This document shows positions 10,001-21,514 of a stretch of 64,000 nt of DNA, in pieces (positions within the stretch are counted from its first letter, which is position 1; each line of letters opens with the position of its first letter). The stretch lies in assembly GCF_054482595.1 (NCBI RefSeq), contig NZ_CM137008.1; one strand, 5' to 3'. The notes beneath the pieces were generated by a model. The model made no database searches and had not been told where the DNA came from. It saw only the letters and a list, made by a program, of their open reading frames with translations. The position numbers and the translations under genes were made by a program.

Positions 10001-10843
10001 TTACTCCGGCACGATCCAGCTTACGGTGGCGTGCCCGGTACCTGCCGGAACCAGTTTGCTGTGCAGCCACGGCAGCACGTTATTCATCTGTTGTTCCAGC
10101 TTCCACGGCGGGTTAATCACAATCATGCCGGAAGCGGTCATGCCACGGCGATCGCTGTCTGGCAGTACCGCCAGTTCAATTTGCAGAATTTTGCGAATGC
10201 CAGTCGCTTCCAGGTCGTGGATCATGCGCTTAATTTGCTGGCGCAGCACCACCGGATACCACAGTGCGTAAGTACCAGTGGCGAAACGTTTGTAACCTTC
10301 TGCTATCCCGCTGACCACCGCCTGATAGTCGGTTTTCATTTCATACGGCGGGTCGATAAGGATTAAACCACGGCGGGAAACCGGCGGCAGTTTGGCCTTA
10401 AGCTGCTGGAAACCGTCGGCTTTTTCGACTCGCGCACGGCTGTCTTTCTGAAATTCAGAACGCAGCAACGGGTAATCGCTCGGGTGCAGTTCGGTCAGTT
10501 GCAGGCTGTCTTGTTCGCGCAGTAGCTGGCGAGCAATCAACGGCGAACCGGGGTAGTAACGCAACTGACCACTACGGTTGAAGTGTTTTACCACATTGAT
10601 GTACGGCTCCAGCTCCGCAGGCAAATCGTCCTGCTGCCAGATACGGGCGATACCTTCGAGATATTCGCCGGTACGCTCGGCATGTTCGCTGCCTAACTGA
10701 TAACGCCCGGCCCCTGCGTGGGTGTCGAGATAGAGAAACGGTTTATCTTTCTCTTTCAGCGACTCGATGATCAGGCTCTGAACGGTATGTTTAAGGACGT
10801 CGGCGTGGTTGCCAGCGTGAAAGCTGTGGCGATAACTGAGCAT
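10001..10843 (-). CDS. rlmJ: 23S rRNA m6A2030 methyltransferase RlmJ (YhiR)
   Basis: 280 aa from MLSYRHSFHAGNHADVLKH; the 17-codon N-terminal extension in the ORF track was rejected. Confidence 0.9.
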   Translation of the reverse strand: MLSYRHSFHAGNHADVLKHTVQSLIIESLKEKDKPFLYLDTHAGAGRYQLGSEHAERTGEYLEGIARIWQQDDLPAELEPYINVVKHFNRSGQLRYYPGSPLIARQLLREQDSLQLTELHPSDYPLLRSEFQKDSRARVEKADGFQQLKAKLPPVSRRGLILIDPPYEMKTDYQAVVSGIAEGYKRFATGTYALWYPVVLRQQIKRMIHDLEATGIRKILQIELAVLPDSDRRGMTASGMIVINPPWKLEQQMNNVLPWLHSKLVPAGTGHATVSWIVPE

Positions 10844-11045
10844 GGGTAAAGGTGTTCCGGTAAGTAAAAATCGGCCCGTATTCGGGGCGCACAAAAGCCT
10901 ATCAGGACAGTATACCGAAAAGAGGCCGCCGCCGCGAAAGCGTAACGTTTCTCATTGAAATTCACTACACTTAACCCCATGCTACACACATTATGTAAAG
11001 CGCCTGTTGAGCGCTTCCTTAACCTCTTTAACCAGGACTGCGCTA

Positions 11046-13088
11046 ATGACGAATCCGTTACTGACTCCCTTTGAATTGCCTCCGTTTTCTAAAATTCTCC
11101 CGGAACATGTCGTTCCAGCCGTGACTAAGGCATTGAATGACTGCCGCGAAAATGTGGAGCGCGTAGTAGCGCAAGGAGCACCGTACACCTGGGAAAATCT
11201 CTGCCAGCCGTTGGCGGAAGTGGACGATGTGTTGGGGCGTATTTTCTCCCCGGTCAGCCACCTGAACTCGGTGAAAAATAGCCCGGAATTGCGCGAAGCG
11301 TACGAACAAACTCTGCCGCTGCTGTCGGAATACAGCACCTGGGTAGGGCAACATGAAGGGCTGTATAAAGCGTACCGCGACCTGCGCGATGGCGATCATT
11401 ACGCCACGCTGAACACGGCTCAGAAAAAAGCGGTTGATAACGCACTGCGCGATTTTGAACTCTCAGGCATCGGTCTGCCGAAAGAGAAACAACAGCGTTA
11501 CGGCGAAATTGCCACTCGTCTTTCTGAACTGGGCAACCAGTACAGCAACAACGTCCTTGATGCGACGATGGGCTGGACTAAACTCGTTACCGACGAAGCG
11601 GAACTGGCGGGGATGCCAGAAAGCGCGCTGGCTGCGGCAAAAGCCCAGGCCGAAGCGAAAGAGCTGGAAGGCTACCTGTTGACGCTGGATATCCCAAGCT
11701 ACTTGCCGGTAATGACCTACTGCGACAACCAGGCCTTGCGTGAAGAGATGTATCGTGCTTACAGCACCCGCGCTTCAGATCAAGGTCCAAACGCCGGTAA
11801 ATGGGATAACAGCAAGGTGATGGAAGAGATCCTCGCGCTGCGTCACGAACTGGCGCAACTGCTGGGCTTTGAAAACTACGCGTTTAAATCACTGGCTACC
11901 AAAATGGCGGAAAACCCGCAGCAGGTGCTTGATTTCTTAACCGATCTGGCAAAACGCGCGCGTCCGCAGGGCGAAAAAGAGCTGGCGCAACTGCGTGCCT
12001 TCGCCAAAGCCGAATTTGGCGTCGATGAGTTGCAACCGTGGGATATCGCATACTACAGCGAAAAACAAAAACAGCACCTCTACAGCATCAGCGACGAACA
12101 ACTGCGTCCGTACTTCCCGGAAAACAAAGCGGTTAACGGCTTGTTTGAAGTGGTAAAACGTATTTACGGCATCACCGCTAAAGAGCGTAAAGATGTTGAT
12201 GTCTGGCACCCGGATGTACGTTTCTTCGAACTGTATGACGAGAACAACGAACTGCGCGGCAGTTTCTACCTCGACCTGTATGCCCGTGAAAACAAGCGCG
12301 GCGGGGCGTGGATGGATGACTGCGTAGGCCAGATGCGTAAAGCCGATGGTTCGCTGCAAAAACCGGTCGCGTATCTGACCTGTAACTTCAACCGCCCGGT
12401 GAATGGTAAACCGGCGCTGTTCACTCACGACGAAGTGATCACTCTGTTCCACGAGTTCGGTCACGGCCTGCACCATATGCTGACCCGCATCGAAACCGCC
12501 GGTGTTTCCGGTATCAGCGGTGTGCCGTGGGATGCGGTCGAACTGCCGAGTCAGTTTATGGAAAACTGGTGCTGGGAGCCGGAGGCGCTGGCGTTTATCT
12601 CTGGTCACTACGAAACCGGCGAACCGCTGCCGAAAGAGTTGCTGGATAAAATGCTGGCGGCGAAGAACTACCAGGCGGCGCTGTTTATTCTGCGCCAGCT
12701 GGAGTTCGGCCTGTTCGATTTCCGCCTCCATGCCGAGTTCCGCCCGGATCAGGGAGCGAAAATCCTCGAAACTCTGGCAGAAATCAAGAAACTGGTTGCC
12801 GTAGTACCGTCTCCATCCTGGGGCCGTTTCCCGCACGCTTTCAGCCATATTTTCGCCGGTGGTTATGCCGCAGGTTACTACAGCTACCTGTGGGCTGACG
12901 TACTGGCGGCAGATGCTTTCTCGCGCTTTGAGGAAGAGGGCATTTTCAACCGTGAAACCGGGCAGTCGTTCCTCGACAACATTCTGAGCCGTGGCGGTTC
13001 AGAAGAGCCGATGGATCTGTTCAAACGCTTCCGTGGTCGTGAACCGCAGCTGGATGCGATGCTGGAGCATTACGGCATTAAGGGCTGA
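11046..13088 (+). CDS. prlC: Oligopeptidase A (M3 zinc metallopeptidase)
   Basis: 680 aa from [22 protein letters not shown] zinc-binding motif present (…[11 protein letters not shown]…). Confidence 0.95.
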   Translation: MTNPLLTPFELPPFSKILPEHVVPAVTKALNDCRENVERVVAQGAPYTWENLCQPLAEVDDVLGRIFSPVSHLNSVKNSPELREAYEQTLPLLSEYSTWVGQHEGLYKAYRDLRDGDHYATLNTAQKKAVDNALRDFELSGIGLPKEKQQRYGEIATRLSELGNQYSNNVLDATMGWTKLVTDEAELAGMPESALAAAKAQAEAKELEGYLLTLDIPSYLPVMTYCDNQALREEMYRAYSTRASDQGPNAGKWDNSKVMEEILALRHELAQLLGFENYAFKSLATKMAENPQQVLDFLTDLAKRARPQGEKELAQLRAFAKAEFGVDELQPWDIAYYSEKQKQHLYSISDEQLRPYFPENKAVNGLFEVVKRIYGITAKERKDVDVWHPDVRFFELYDENNELRGSFYLDLYARENKRGGAWMDDCVGQMRKADGSLQKPVAYLTCNFNRPVNGKPALFTHDEVITLFHEFGHGLHHMLTRIETAGVSGISGVPWDAVELPSQFMENWCWEPEALAFISGHYETGEPLPKELLDKMLAAKNYQAALFILRQLEFGLFDFRLHAEFRPDQGAKILETLAEIKKLVAVVPSPSWGRFPHAFSHIFAGGYAAGYYSYLWADVLAADAFSRFEEEGIFNRETGQSFLDNILSRGGSEEPMDLFKRFRGREPQLDAMLEHYGIKG

Positions 13089-13095
13089 TCATTCA

Positions 13096-13848
13096 GTGAA
13101 AATCTGCTTAATTGATGAAACAGGCACCGGAGACGGTGCCTTATCTGTTCTGGCGGCCCGCTGGGGGCTGGAGCACGATGAAGACAACCTGATGGCGCTG
13201 GTGTTAACGCCGGAACATCTGGAATTGCGCAAGCGTGATGAGCCAAAACTTGGCGGCATCTTTGTTGATTTTGTTGGCGGAGCGATGGCGCACCGACGCA
13301 AATTCGGCGGTGGTCGCGGTGAGGCGGTGGCGAAAGCGGTGGGCATTAAAGGCGATTATTTGCCGGATGTGGTGGACGCTACCGCAGGGCTGGGGCGCGA
13401 TGCCTTTGTGCTGGCTTCGGTCGGCTGCCGCGTGCGGATGCTGGAGCGTAATCCAGTCGTTGCCGCGCTACTCGACGACGGCCTGGCGCGTGGATATGCG
13501 GATGCGGAAATCGGCGGCTGGTTGCAGGAGCGTTTGCAGTTAATTCACGCCTCCAGCCTGACGGCGCTGACCGATATTACCCCGCGCCCGCAGGTGGTCT
13601 ATCTCGACCCGATGTTCCCGCATAAGCAGAAAAGCGCGCTGGTGAAAAAAGAGATGCGCGTCTTTCAGTCGCTGGTGGGACCGGATCTTGATGCCGATGG
13701 ATTACTGGAGCCTGCACGCTTGCTGGCGACCAAACGCGTGGTGGTAAAGCGCCCGGACTACGCGCCACCGCTAGCGAATGTCGCCACGCCAAACGCGGTT
13801 GTGACTAAAGGGCATCGCTTTGATATCTATGCAGGTACGCCAGTGTAA
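13096..13848 (+). CDS. rsmJ: 16S rRNA m2G1516 methyltransferase RsmJ (YhiQ)
   Basis: 250 aa with a GTG start ([20 protein letters not shown]…) 7 nt after the prlC stop. Confidence 0.85.
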   Translation: MKICLIDETGTGDGALSVLAARWGLEHDEDNLMALVLTPEHLELRKRDEPKLGGIFVDFVGGAMAHRRKFGGGRGEAVAKAVGIKGDYLPDVVDATAGLGRDAFVLASVGCRVRMLERNPVVAALLDDGLARGYADAEIGGWLQERLQLIHASSLTALTDITPRPQVVYLDPMFPHKQKSALVKKEMRVFQSLVGPDLDADGLLEPARLLATKRVVVKRPDYAPPLANVATPNAVVTKGHRFDIYAGTPV

Positions 13849-13896
13849 AAGTAAAGCAGGGTAGCGATAACGCTACCCTGCTTTCTGCAAGAATAA

Positions 13897-15366
13897 TTAA
13901 TGGCTTTCCGGCGTCGCAATCATGCGTTTCAGCCACGGCACCATCAACAGCATCACTACTGCAACGCCCAGCGTGACCAGACCAATCTTACCAAACACGT
14001 TGGTATAGACGGGCAACGTCTCAAGCGGATCGGTAATGTTGTCCGGCACCGCGGTAAATGTTGCCACATAGCCGCCCAGCAAGAACGCGGCAGCCTGCGT
14101 CAGGAACCACATCCCGAGAATAAAGCCCATCAAATGCTGCGGCACCAGAGCAGCAATCATCGCCAGGCCAAGGGCGCTAATAAACAGTTCACCTAAGCTC
14201 TGGAATAAGTACACCAGCACGATAAACCATGGCGATGTCAGCCCTTGTGCATCCGCAAACCACATTCCCGCAGCTGCCGCCGTCAAAAAGCCCAGTGAGC
14301 ACATAAACATGCCGAGAGTAAATTTCATCGGCATCGAGAGGTCTTTGCCTTTGTTACCCAGATGCGTGTAAATGCCTGCCAGTATTGGGCTGGCGAGTAC
14401 CACCCAGAACGGGTTAAGCGCCTGGAAGCTGACCGGGTTGATGGAAAAACCGAGAATTTCATGATGCACGTTGTTGATGGCAAAGAAGTTCAGCGACGTT
14501 GGCATCTGGGCGTAGAGAATGTAAAACACCACCGCTTCGAGCATCAGGACAAAGGCGACAAACATTTTATTGCGCCCGGTTTTATCCAGCTTGAATGCCT
14601 GACGAAAGAAGATAATGGTGACGACGATGGAGAGAACAATCAGCACCAGATTGGCGACTTCTACGTTGTGCATCAGCCAGGCGCAGACGAAGATCATCAC
14701 CACGCTGCCAAGTAATACGTACAACAGTTTGCTGAAGCTCATTGGCCGGAAGTCAGGCTCAGAACCAATATCTTTCACCATTCCACGACAGGCGATGTAA
14801 ACCAGTAATGCGATAATTAACCCCGCACCGCACAGGTTGTAGGTGACTGAATAGCCGAATTTATCAGCGATCACAGGGGCCAGCGATAACGCTATCAACG
14901 AGCCGATATTGATCGACATATAGAACAGGGTGAATGCGCCATCAAGGCGCGGATCTTTCGGCGGATAGCACTTCGAAAGCAAGCTGGCTGGGTTAGCTTT
15001 AAACAGGCCGTTACCGACAGCGATAGTCCCCAGGGCGATGAAAATCAGGTCAGGCTTAAGTAGCGACATGCCGGTCATGAAGTAGCCAATCGCCAGCACA
15101 AGTGCTCCAAGAACGATGGTGCGTTTGGTCCCCAGCAGGTGGTCGCCGACATAGCCGCCAATGGAAATGAGGCCATAGACCAGCGCAGCAAAAGCACCAA
15201 AAGTGACAAAAGCCTGCTCTTGCGAGAATCCAAGCTGTTTAACGAAGAAAACCGCCAGTACGCCCTGCACGCCGTAGTAGCCGAATCGCTCCCATAACTC
15301 GACAAAAAAGATCATGAAAAATGGGCGAGGTTGCTGCAGCATCCCCATGGGTGTTGTTGTATTCAT
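13897..15366 (-). CDS. dtpB: Proton-dependent di/tripeptide permease (POT family)
   Basis: 489 aa MFS/POT transporter with conserved N-terminal FWERFGYYG motif. Confidence 0.93.
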   Translation of the reverse strand: MNTTTPMGMLQQPRPFFMIFFVELWERFGYYGVQGVLAVFFVKQLGFSQEQAFVTFGAFAALVYGLISIGGYVGDHLLGTKRTIVLGALVLAIGYFMTGMSLLKPDLIFIALGTIAVGNGLFKANPASLLSKCYPPKDPRLDGAFTLFYMSINIGSLIALSLAPVIADKFGYSVTYNLCGAGLIIALLVYIACRGMVKDIGSEPDFRPMSFSKLLYVLLGSVVMIFVCAWLMHNVEVANLVLIVLSIVVTIIFFRQAFKLDKTGRNKMFVAFVLMLEAVVFYILYAQMPTSLNFFAINNVHHEILGFSINPVSFQALNPFWVVLASPILAGIYTHLGNKGKDLSMPMKFTLGMFMCSLGFLTAAAAGMWFADAQGLTSPWFIVLVYLFQSLGELFISALGLAMIAALVPQHLMGFILGMWFLTQAAAFLLGGYVATFTAVPDNITDPLETLPVYTNVFGKIGLVTLGVAVVMLLMVPWLKRMIATPESH

Positions 15367-15580
15367 ATTTATTAACCTTCCAATACCATCCTGAAAAGTA
15401 TGAACGCGTAAGGGATAACGCGCGAAAAAGTTTACATCTGTCAGAGATTCTTAATATTGATGCGGTGAATAGATTAATACACTATTACAACAGAAAATAA
15501 CCAGATGATCACACTAATGATGGAAAATATGATGGTGTTAAATATTGTATTGGCTGGGGATTTTGATTGCGAACGCAGAC

Positions 15581-15612
15581 CGTAGGCCAGATAAGGCGTT
15601 TACGCTGATCAG
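15581..15612. repeat. REP element
   Basis: gtaggccagataaggcgtttacgctgatcagg matches the REP consensus; lies downstream of uspA. Confidence 0.55.
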
Positions 15613-15624
15613 GTAACAAGGCGC

Positions 15625-15660
15625 GCCAAAAAGCAAAACGCCCGCATATGCGGGCGTTCA
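15625..15660 (-). terminator. Intrinsic terminator of uspA
   Basis: Palindrome aacgcccgca-ta-tgcgggcgtt followed on the minus strand by a U-rich tract. Confidence 0.7.
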
Positions 15661-15682
15661 GGAACACGTCGTGGAGGGAAGA

Positions 15683-16117
15683 TTATTCTTCTTCGTCGCG
15701 CAGCGGAACAATCAGCATATCAACGTGAACGGTGTTGATCAGCTGACGTGCGGAAGACATCAGTTTGCTCCAGAAGTCCTGGTGGTGACCACAAACCACC
15801 AGATCCATATCGTATTTCTTGATTGCATCGACCAGAACCTGGCCCAGGTCGCCGCTGCCGCTCAGGGTTTCAGTGATTGGGTATCCTGCATTAGTGGAAA
15901 GCTCGGTCAGCGCATGATGTGTCTCTTCAGAGATGCGTTTCTGCATATCACCCAGATTCACATCAATAAGCCCGGTGTATAGGTCAGAGTAGTTTACATC
16001 TACGTGGATCAGAGAAACTTTCGCATTGTATGGGCGAGCCATAGAGACTGCTTTCTCTACCAGAACTTTGCTTTCCGGGGAGAGATCGACCGCGATGAGA
16101 ATGTGTTTATAAGCCAT
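15683..16117 (-). CDS. uspA: Universal stress protein A
   Basis: 144 aa; [24 protein letters not shown]…. Confidence 0.97.
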
Positions 16118-16507
16118 AGTGTTACTCCTTCCATAAAGTTGTCGATGACTGGCCAGCTAGCGTTTCTTGTGCCGTTACGTCACCCGCGTCCTGCGAACTA
16201 CGTGCGCGGGGCTAACCCAGCCGTAAAGATTCAGTGTTAAGACCATCCTTACCTTATAGCGACCCGGATGATCCGTCAATCCGCCTTGCTTACCCGTTAG
16301 ATAAACAAATTTTCGACATGAATATATTGATAGTGGTTAACCTTCTGGAAAAAAAACAACCTGATCTCCTACACTATCTATAGAGCCGCTCGGATGTTGG
16401 TCACCACAAAAGCGGTTTCTCCAGGACCTGGTGTTAACTGATTGGCAGCGTATCGGGAGCGGTAGCCCCGGGGTGGAACTCCGCGGGCAGGTCGCCGGGG
16501 AGGAGGT

Positions 16508-16843
16508 ATGATAAGCACCGTCGCATTATTTTGGGCTTTATGTGTCGTTTGCATTGTTAACATGGCGCGCTATTTCTCATCACTACGCGCGTTGTTAGTG
16601 GTACTGCGTAACTGCGATCCATTGCTCTATCAATATGTTGATGGAGGGGGCTTTTTTACCTCACATGGCCAACCCAACAAACAGGTGCGTCTCGTTTGGT
16701 ATATCTATGCCCAACGTTATCGCGATCATCACGATGATGAGTTTATTCGCCGCTGTGAGCGGGTGCGTCGGCAGTTTATTCTGACCAGCGCATTGTGTGG
16801 TCTGGTGGTGGTCAGCCTGATTGCCTTGATGATTTGGCATTAA
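16508..16843 (+). CDS. uspB: Universal stress protein B (small membrane protein)
   Basis: 111 aa; divergent from uspA; two predicted transmembrane segments. Confidence 0.95.
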
Positions 16844-16865
16844 GCACTTCAGCAATAATAACGCA

Positions 16866-16904
16866 TAAAAAAAGCGGGCCAGTAAACTGACCCGCTCGTT
16901 TTGG
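16866..16904. terminator. Bidirectional intrinsic terminator between uspB and pitA
   Basis: A-run, hairpin agcgggccag-taaa-ctgacccgct, then T-run, between convergent stops at 16843 and 16914. Confidence 0.65.
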
Positions 16905-16913
16905 TGCGTACGA

Positions 16914-18413
16914 TTACAGGAACTGCAAGGAGAGCCAGTACAGCCCGCCGGAAAGCAGTACCGCAGCCGGAAGGGTAAACACCCAGGCCATCAGAATGCT
17001 GGTCACGGTTTTACGCTGTAAGCCGCCACCATCTACCACCATCGTCCCCGCGACAGAAGAGGAGAGTACGTGAGTAGTGGAAACCGGCATCCCGGTATAA
17101 CTCGCCAGGCCGATAGACACTGCCGCAGTCATCTGGGCAGACATCCCCTGAGCGTAGGTCATGCCTTTCTTACCGATTTTTTCACCGATAGTCGTTGCCA
17201 CACGACGCCAGCCAATCATCGTACCGATACCTAACGCCAGCGCGACCGCCATGATGATCCACACCGGTGCATACTCGATGGTGCTAAGCATGTCGGACTT
17301 CAGTTTCTTCAACAGGCGCTGATCGTCAGCACTCACGCCAGGCATCTTCACCACTTTGTCGATAGTGTCAGAAACGCACAGCATAATGCGGCGCATCTGG
17401 CTACGTTGATCAAGCGACAGCTTGTCGTAGCTTTCCACATCGGTAGTCAACATGCCTTTCAGGCGGTTGAGCGCGTTAATGGTATTCGACGGATGGCAAT
17501 GGAACTCCGCAGGTTGCGTTGCGCCAGCTTCCGGAGCCGGTACTAACTGATCAGCACCGGTAGCTTGTTTCAGCAGCGCAGGATGCTGCTCAAAGTAAGC
17601 TTCGACGTTGTTGATGGCATCACGGGTACGGGTGATTTCGTAGCCAGTGGCATTCATGTTCACCACGAAGCCTGCTGGTGCGACGCCAATCAATACCAAC
17701 ATAACCAGACCAATGCCTTTCTGACCATCGTTCGCGCCGTGCGAAAACGCCACGCCGATAGCGGAAAGGATCAGCGCAATACGCGTCCAGAACGGCGGCT
17801 TTTTCTTGCCGTCTTTCTTTTCACGCTCCGCTGGGGTCAGGTGGATACGGGCGCGTTTCTTGGTGCCGCTCCAGTAGCGACGCAGCAAGAAAATCAGACC
17901 GCCAGCAAACACCAGGCCGACAATAGGGGAAACGATCAGAGAACCGAAAATACTTAATACTTTCGGGATATTGAGTGCATCCACCACTGACGTCCCGGTC
18001 ATCAACGCATTGGTTAAACCAATCCCGATGATCGCGCCAATCAGCGTATGAGAGCTGGATGCAGGCAAACCAAAGTACCAGGTACCCAGGTTCCAGATAA
18101 TCGCCGCCAGCAACATAGAGAACACCATGGCAAGGCCATGAGACGATCCCATATTAAGCAGCAGATCCGTCGGCAGCATATGCACAATGGCATAGGCAAC
18201 ACTCAGACCACCCAGCAAAACACCCAAAAAGTTGAACACCGCTGCCATAACCACGGCGAGCTGAGAACGCATCGCGCGGGTATAGATAACGGTTGCCACG
18301 GCGTTGGCTGTGTCATGGAAACCATTGATGGCTTCGTAGAACAGCACAAAAGCCAGTGCAAGCAATAATAACAGCCCGGTATGCAAATCCAGGCCAGCAA
18401 ACAAATGTAGCAT
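16914..18413 (-). CDS. pitA: Low-affinity inorganic phosphate (metal-phosphate) transporter PitA
   Basis: 499 aa PiT-family membrane protein. Confidence 0.95.
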
Positions 18414-18644
18414 AGGACGTTACGCCATTTTGAGGACATGAACGCGGCGCATTATCAGTGACTTTCGCGGCGCGGGCAAAGTGAAATATAGACTTTTTTT
18501 GATTTGCCTCCTGTATGGATTTCACTCAAAAAATAATTATCTTATATAATTCAGGCAAATACTTCCTTTTAGTAATATTGATGCTGGTGCGACCACTGAG
18601 GAATCTTTACAATTCACGCCCGTTTTTTCTAAGAGGAGCGCAAC

Positions 18645-19847
18645 GTGGAAAGGTTTGATGCCATTATTATAGGCGCTGGTGCGGCGGGTATGTTCTGTTC
18701 TGCGCTGGCAGGTCAGGCAGGACGCCGGGTTCTGCTGATCGATAATGGTAAAAAACCAGGGCGCAAAATCCTTATGTCTGGCGGTGGGCGCTGCAACTTT
18801 ACCAACCTTTATGTCGAACCGGGCGCTTATCTGAGCCAGAATCCGCATTTTTGTAAGTCTGCACTCGCGCGTTTTACCCAGTGGGATTTCATTGATCTGG
18901 TCAATAAACACGGCATCGCCTGGCACGAGAAAACGTTAGGGCAACTCTTCTGCGATGACTCCGCTCAGCAGATTGTCGACATGCTGGTGGATGAGTGCGA
19001 GAAGGGCAATGTGACCTTCAGATTGCGTAGCGAAGTGCTGAGCGTGGAGAAGGATGATACAGGCTTCACGCTTGAACTGAACGGCATGACTGTCGGTTGC
19101 GAAAAGCTGGTCATCGCGACCGGTGGACTGTCAATGCCGGGGCTGGGCGCGTCGCCGTTTGGTTATAAGATTGCTGAACAATTTGGCCTCAACGTGCTGC
19201 CGACCCGCGCGGGTCTGGTGCCATTCACTCTGCATAAACCGTTGCTCGAAGAGTTACAGGTGCTGGCGGGCGTGGCGGTGCCTTCCGTGATTACCGCTGA
19301 AAACGGCACCGTTTTCCGTGAGAACTTACTCTTCACCCATCGCGGCTTGTCTGGACCGGCGGTGTTGCAAATTTCCAGCTACTGGCAACCGGGGGAATTT
19401 GTCAGTATCAATCTGCTACCGGATGTGGACCTCGAAACCTTCCTGAATGAGCAGCGTAACGCACATCCGAATCAAAGCCTGAAAAACACACTGGCGGTTC
19501 ATCTACCGAAGCGGTTGGTTGAACGCTTACAGCAACTCGGGCAAATCCCGGATGTCTCGCTAAAACAGCTCAACGTGCGTGACCAACAGGCACTGATTAG
19601 CACATTGACCGACTGGCGCGTACAACCCAACGGCACTGAAGGCTATCGCACTGCCGAAGTGACGCTCGGCGGCGTGGACACTAACGAACTCTCTTCACGG
19701 ACGATGGAAGCGCGCAAAGTGCCTGGGCTGTACTTTATCGGCGAAGTGATGGACGTTACCGGCTGGCTGGGGGGCTATAACTTCCAGTGGGCGTGGTCGA
19801 GTGCATGGGCTTGTGCGCAGGATTTGATTGCAGCGAAGTCGTCCTGA
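18645..19847 (+). CDS. yhiN: FAD-dependent oxidoreductase YhiN (HI0933-like family)
   Basis: 400 aa; GTG start with AGGAG ribosome-binding site; N-terminal FAD-binding IIGAGAAG motif. Confidence 0.9.
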   Translation: MERFDAIIIGAGAAGMFCSALAGQAGRRVLLIDNGKKPGRKILMSGGGRCNFTNLYVEPGAYLSQNPHFCKSALARFTQWDFIDLVNKHGIAWHEKTLGQLFCDDSAQQIVDMLVDECEKGNVTFRLRSEVLSVEKDDTGFTLELNGMTVGCEKLVIATGGLSMPGLGASPFGYKIAEQFGLNVLPTRAGLVPFTLHKPLLEELQVLAGVAVPSVITAENGTVFRENLLFTHRGLSGPAVLQISSYWQPGEFVSINLLPDVDLETFLNEQRNAHPNQSLKNTLAVHLPKRLVERLQQLGQIPDVSLKQLNVRDQQALISTLTDWRVQPNGTEGYRTAEVTLGGVDTNELSSRTMEARKVPGLYFIGEVMDVTGWLGGYNFQWAWSSAWACAQDLIAAKSS

Positions 19848-20163
19848 GCTATTTTTCCTAAAGATGAAAATTATTAGAGTCGCATTAAAAATGAGCTAAT
19901 TTTGATAGTGGCTATCTTGTGATTATTTTCTAATGAGCCCGTGAACTGAACCCCCCATGCTTAATATAAGGTGGAGGGAAAGGTGATTGAAAACTCACCC
20001 AGTGGGCTGATCTTTATAAAATATGAACAGGTTGAAAAAAAACAGTAACTTTGCTGTTTTTTATACTTAACCACTATGCATTAATGCTGCGTTATTTCAT
20101 TCTACCTAAGAAAAACCAGCGTTACGCAAATGGTCAACGCTGGTTTTATCCGGTACGTTGCAA

Positions 20164-21216
20164 TTATTTTTTAGCAGAACCCGCTTCTAATATTGAAACG
20201 ATTGAGAACAACGTAAAGCATACCGCTCCCAAACCGACCAGAACCCGCGAAGGAATAAAATATCCCATATCGGTCTGCGCCATTTCCGCAAGAAACGATG
20301 CCAGGAAAAGGCAAAACAGGCAGGTGAAGACGGGAATCATCGGTATTCTGTTGGCTAACGAACAGGTACGTCTCCAGACCAGTGCCAGTAGCCAGACTTT
20401 TGAGAATATGCTGTAACAGATCATTCCCAAGCAAATGAGGATAATACCGGGAGCCAGTCGGGCGCTTGCATCAGAACTGACTAAGACGTATATGCCCTGC
20501 AGCACCGTGATTGAGCCGAGAAAAATAACCCAATAACACCACAGCCAGTGCTCTTTCGTTGAAAACGTATTACGTGTTTGATGGACGATTGTGGCAACAA
20601 GGCCAATTAGACTGGCACAGATTGCGGTTAACCCGAGCAATACGTGACCGGCGACATAATGCGGAGTTATGTCGGCACTACGTAACAGCGTAATAGACCA
20701 AATGAAACCGAGCAGGGTGAGTAACACGGGAACGGCAATGAGGCAATTACCGATTAATGAAGAATAAGCCTGTACCGGTGTTCCGTCGCTCTTGCTCCCC
20801 GCTGCGTTTTTAGGAATGAGCAGAAAGTGACCGGATGACGCTGCCACCGTCGATACACAGGCGGCAATCATACCAACGCCGAAAATAACATGGCCGGCGA
20901 CAAACTCGTCTGCCATCACATCATTACCTGCTAACAGTGCCCAACCCCATATCATGGTGATAATTGACCCCGCATAGCCAATAATGGGGAACAATGTATT
21001 GTAAAACGTATTAACGCCGCGCGTGAGCTGCGAAATGATAATAAATGCGGTAGTGAATAATGCCAGGCATATGGCTGCCAGAGAAATGAGCACATGACCC
21101 GCGACGAAATACTCGCTTTGCCCTGAACTTTCCAGCACAAAGCCACCTAACGCGATACAAATCAAGCCCATAATTAAAGGGATTAATTTGAAAAGCCACC
21201 CGATATATATGTTCAC
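20164..21216 (-). CDS. yhiM: Inner membrane protein YhiM
   Basis: 350 aa from a GTG start (VNIYIGWLFKL…) preceded by GAGGAG; repeated VAGHVL motifs in transmembrane segments; the longer ORF-track start was rejected. Confidence 0.85.
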   Translation of the reverse strand: MNIYIGWLFKLIPLIMGLICIALGGFVLESSGQSEYFVAGHVLISLAAICLALFTTAFIIISQLTRGVNTFYNTLFPIIGYAGSIITMIWGWALLAGNDVMADEFVAGHVIFGVGMIAACVSTVAASSGHFLLIPKNAAGSKSDGTPVQAYSSLIGNCLIAVPVLLTLLGFIWSITLLRSADITPHYVAGHVLLGLTAICASLIGLVATIVHQTRNTFSTKEHWLWCYWVIFLGSITVLQGIYVLVSSDASARLAPGIILICLGMICYSIFSKVWLLALVWRRTCSLANRIPMIPVFTCLFCLFLASFLAEMAQTDMGYFIPSRVLVGLGAVCFTLFSIVSILEAGSAKK

Positions 21217-21514
21217 TTTAAACTCCTCAGGTATCCCTGCTAATATTGAAATGTGCATTAATGATAATTTCAGCCTGTTAATACAATGACGAGATATCAT
21301 TAAAGACAAATGCATAGCATAACTATAGCGGGGTTTACTTTGCAGAGCGCTACTTTTCAGAGTTCAAAAGGCCATGATAAATAAATATTTATCCTAAGAT
21401 TAATTCTTATTCTGTTATTTTTTACAATTATCTTCCAGGGAGGGATTCTTTTTCATTATTTGGTAAAAGACCGGATGGTCTCGGTGCTTAAAATCAGCGA
21501 GCATATACGCATTA

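Noticed and set aside
8892-10271. 459 aa plus-strand ORF
   Set aside because: Lies entirely antisense to gor and continues over rlmJ; low-complexity Arg/Ala-rich translation typical of a GC-rich antisense frame, with no recognisable motif.
10844-10894. N-terminal extensions in ORF-track calls for rlmJ, and likewise slp, prlC, rsmJ, yhiM, acpT, yhhT, yhhS, dcrB and yhhJ
   Set aside because: Downstream starts have better ribosome-binding sites and give the lengths known for these proteins; the first in-frame ATG is not the biological start.
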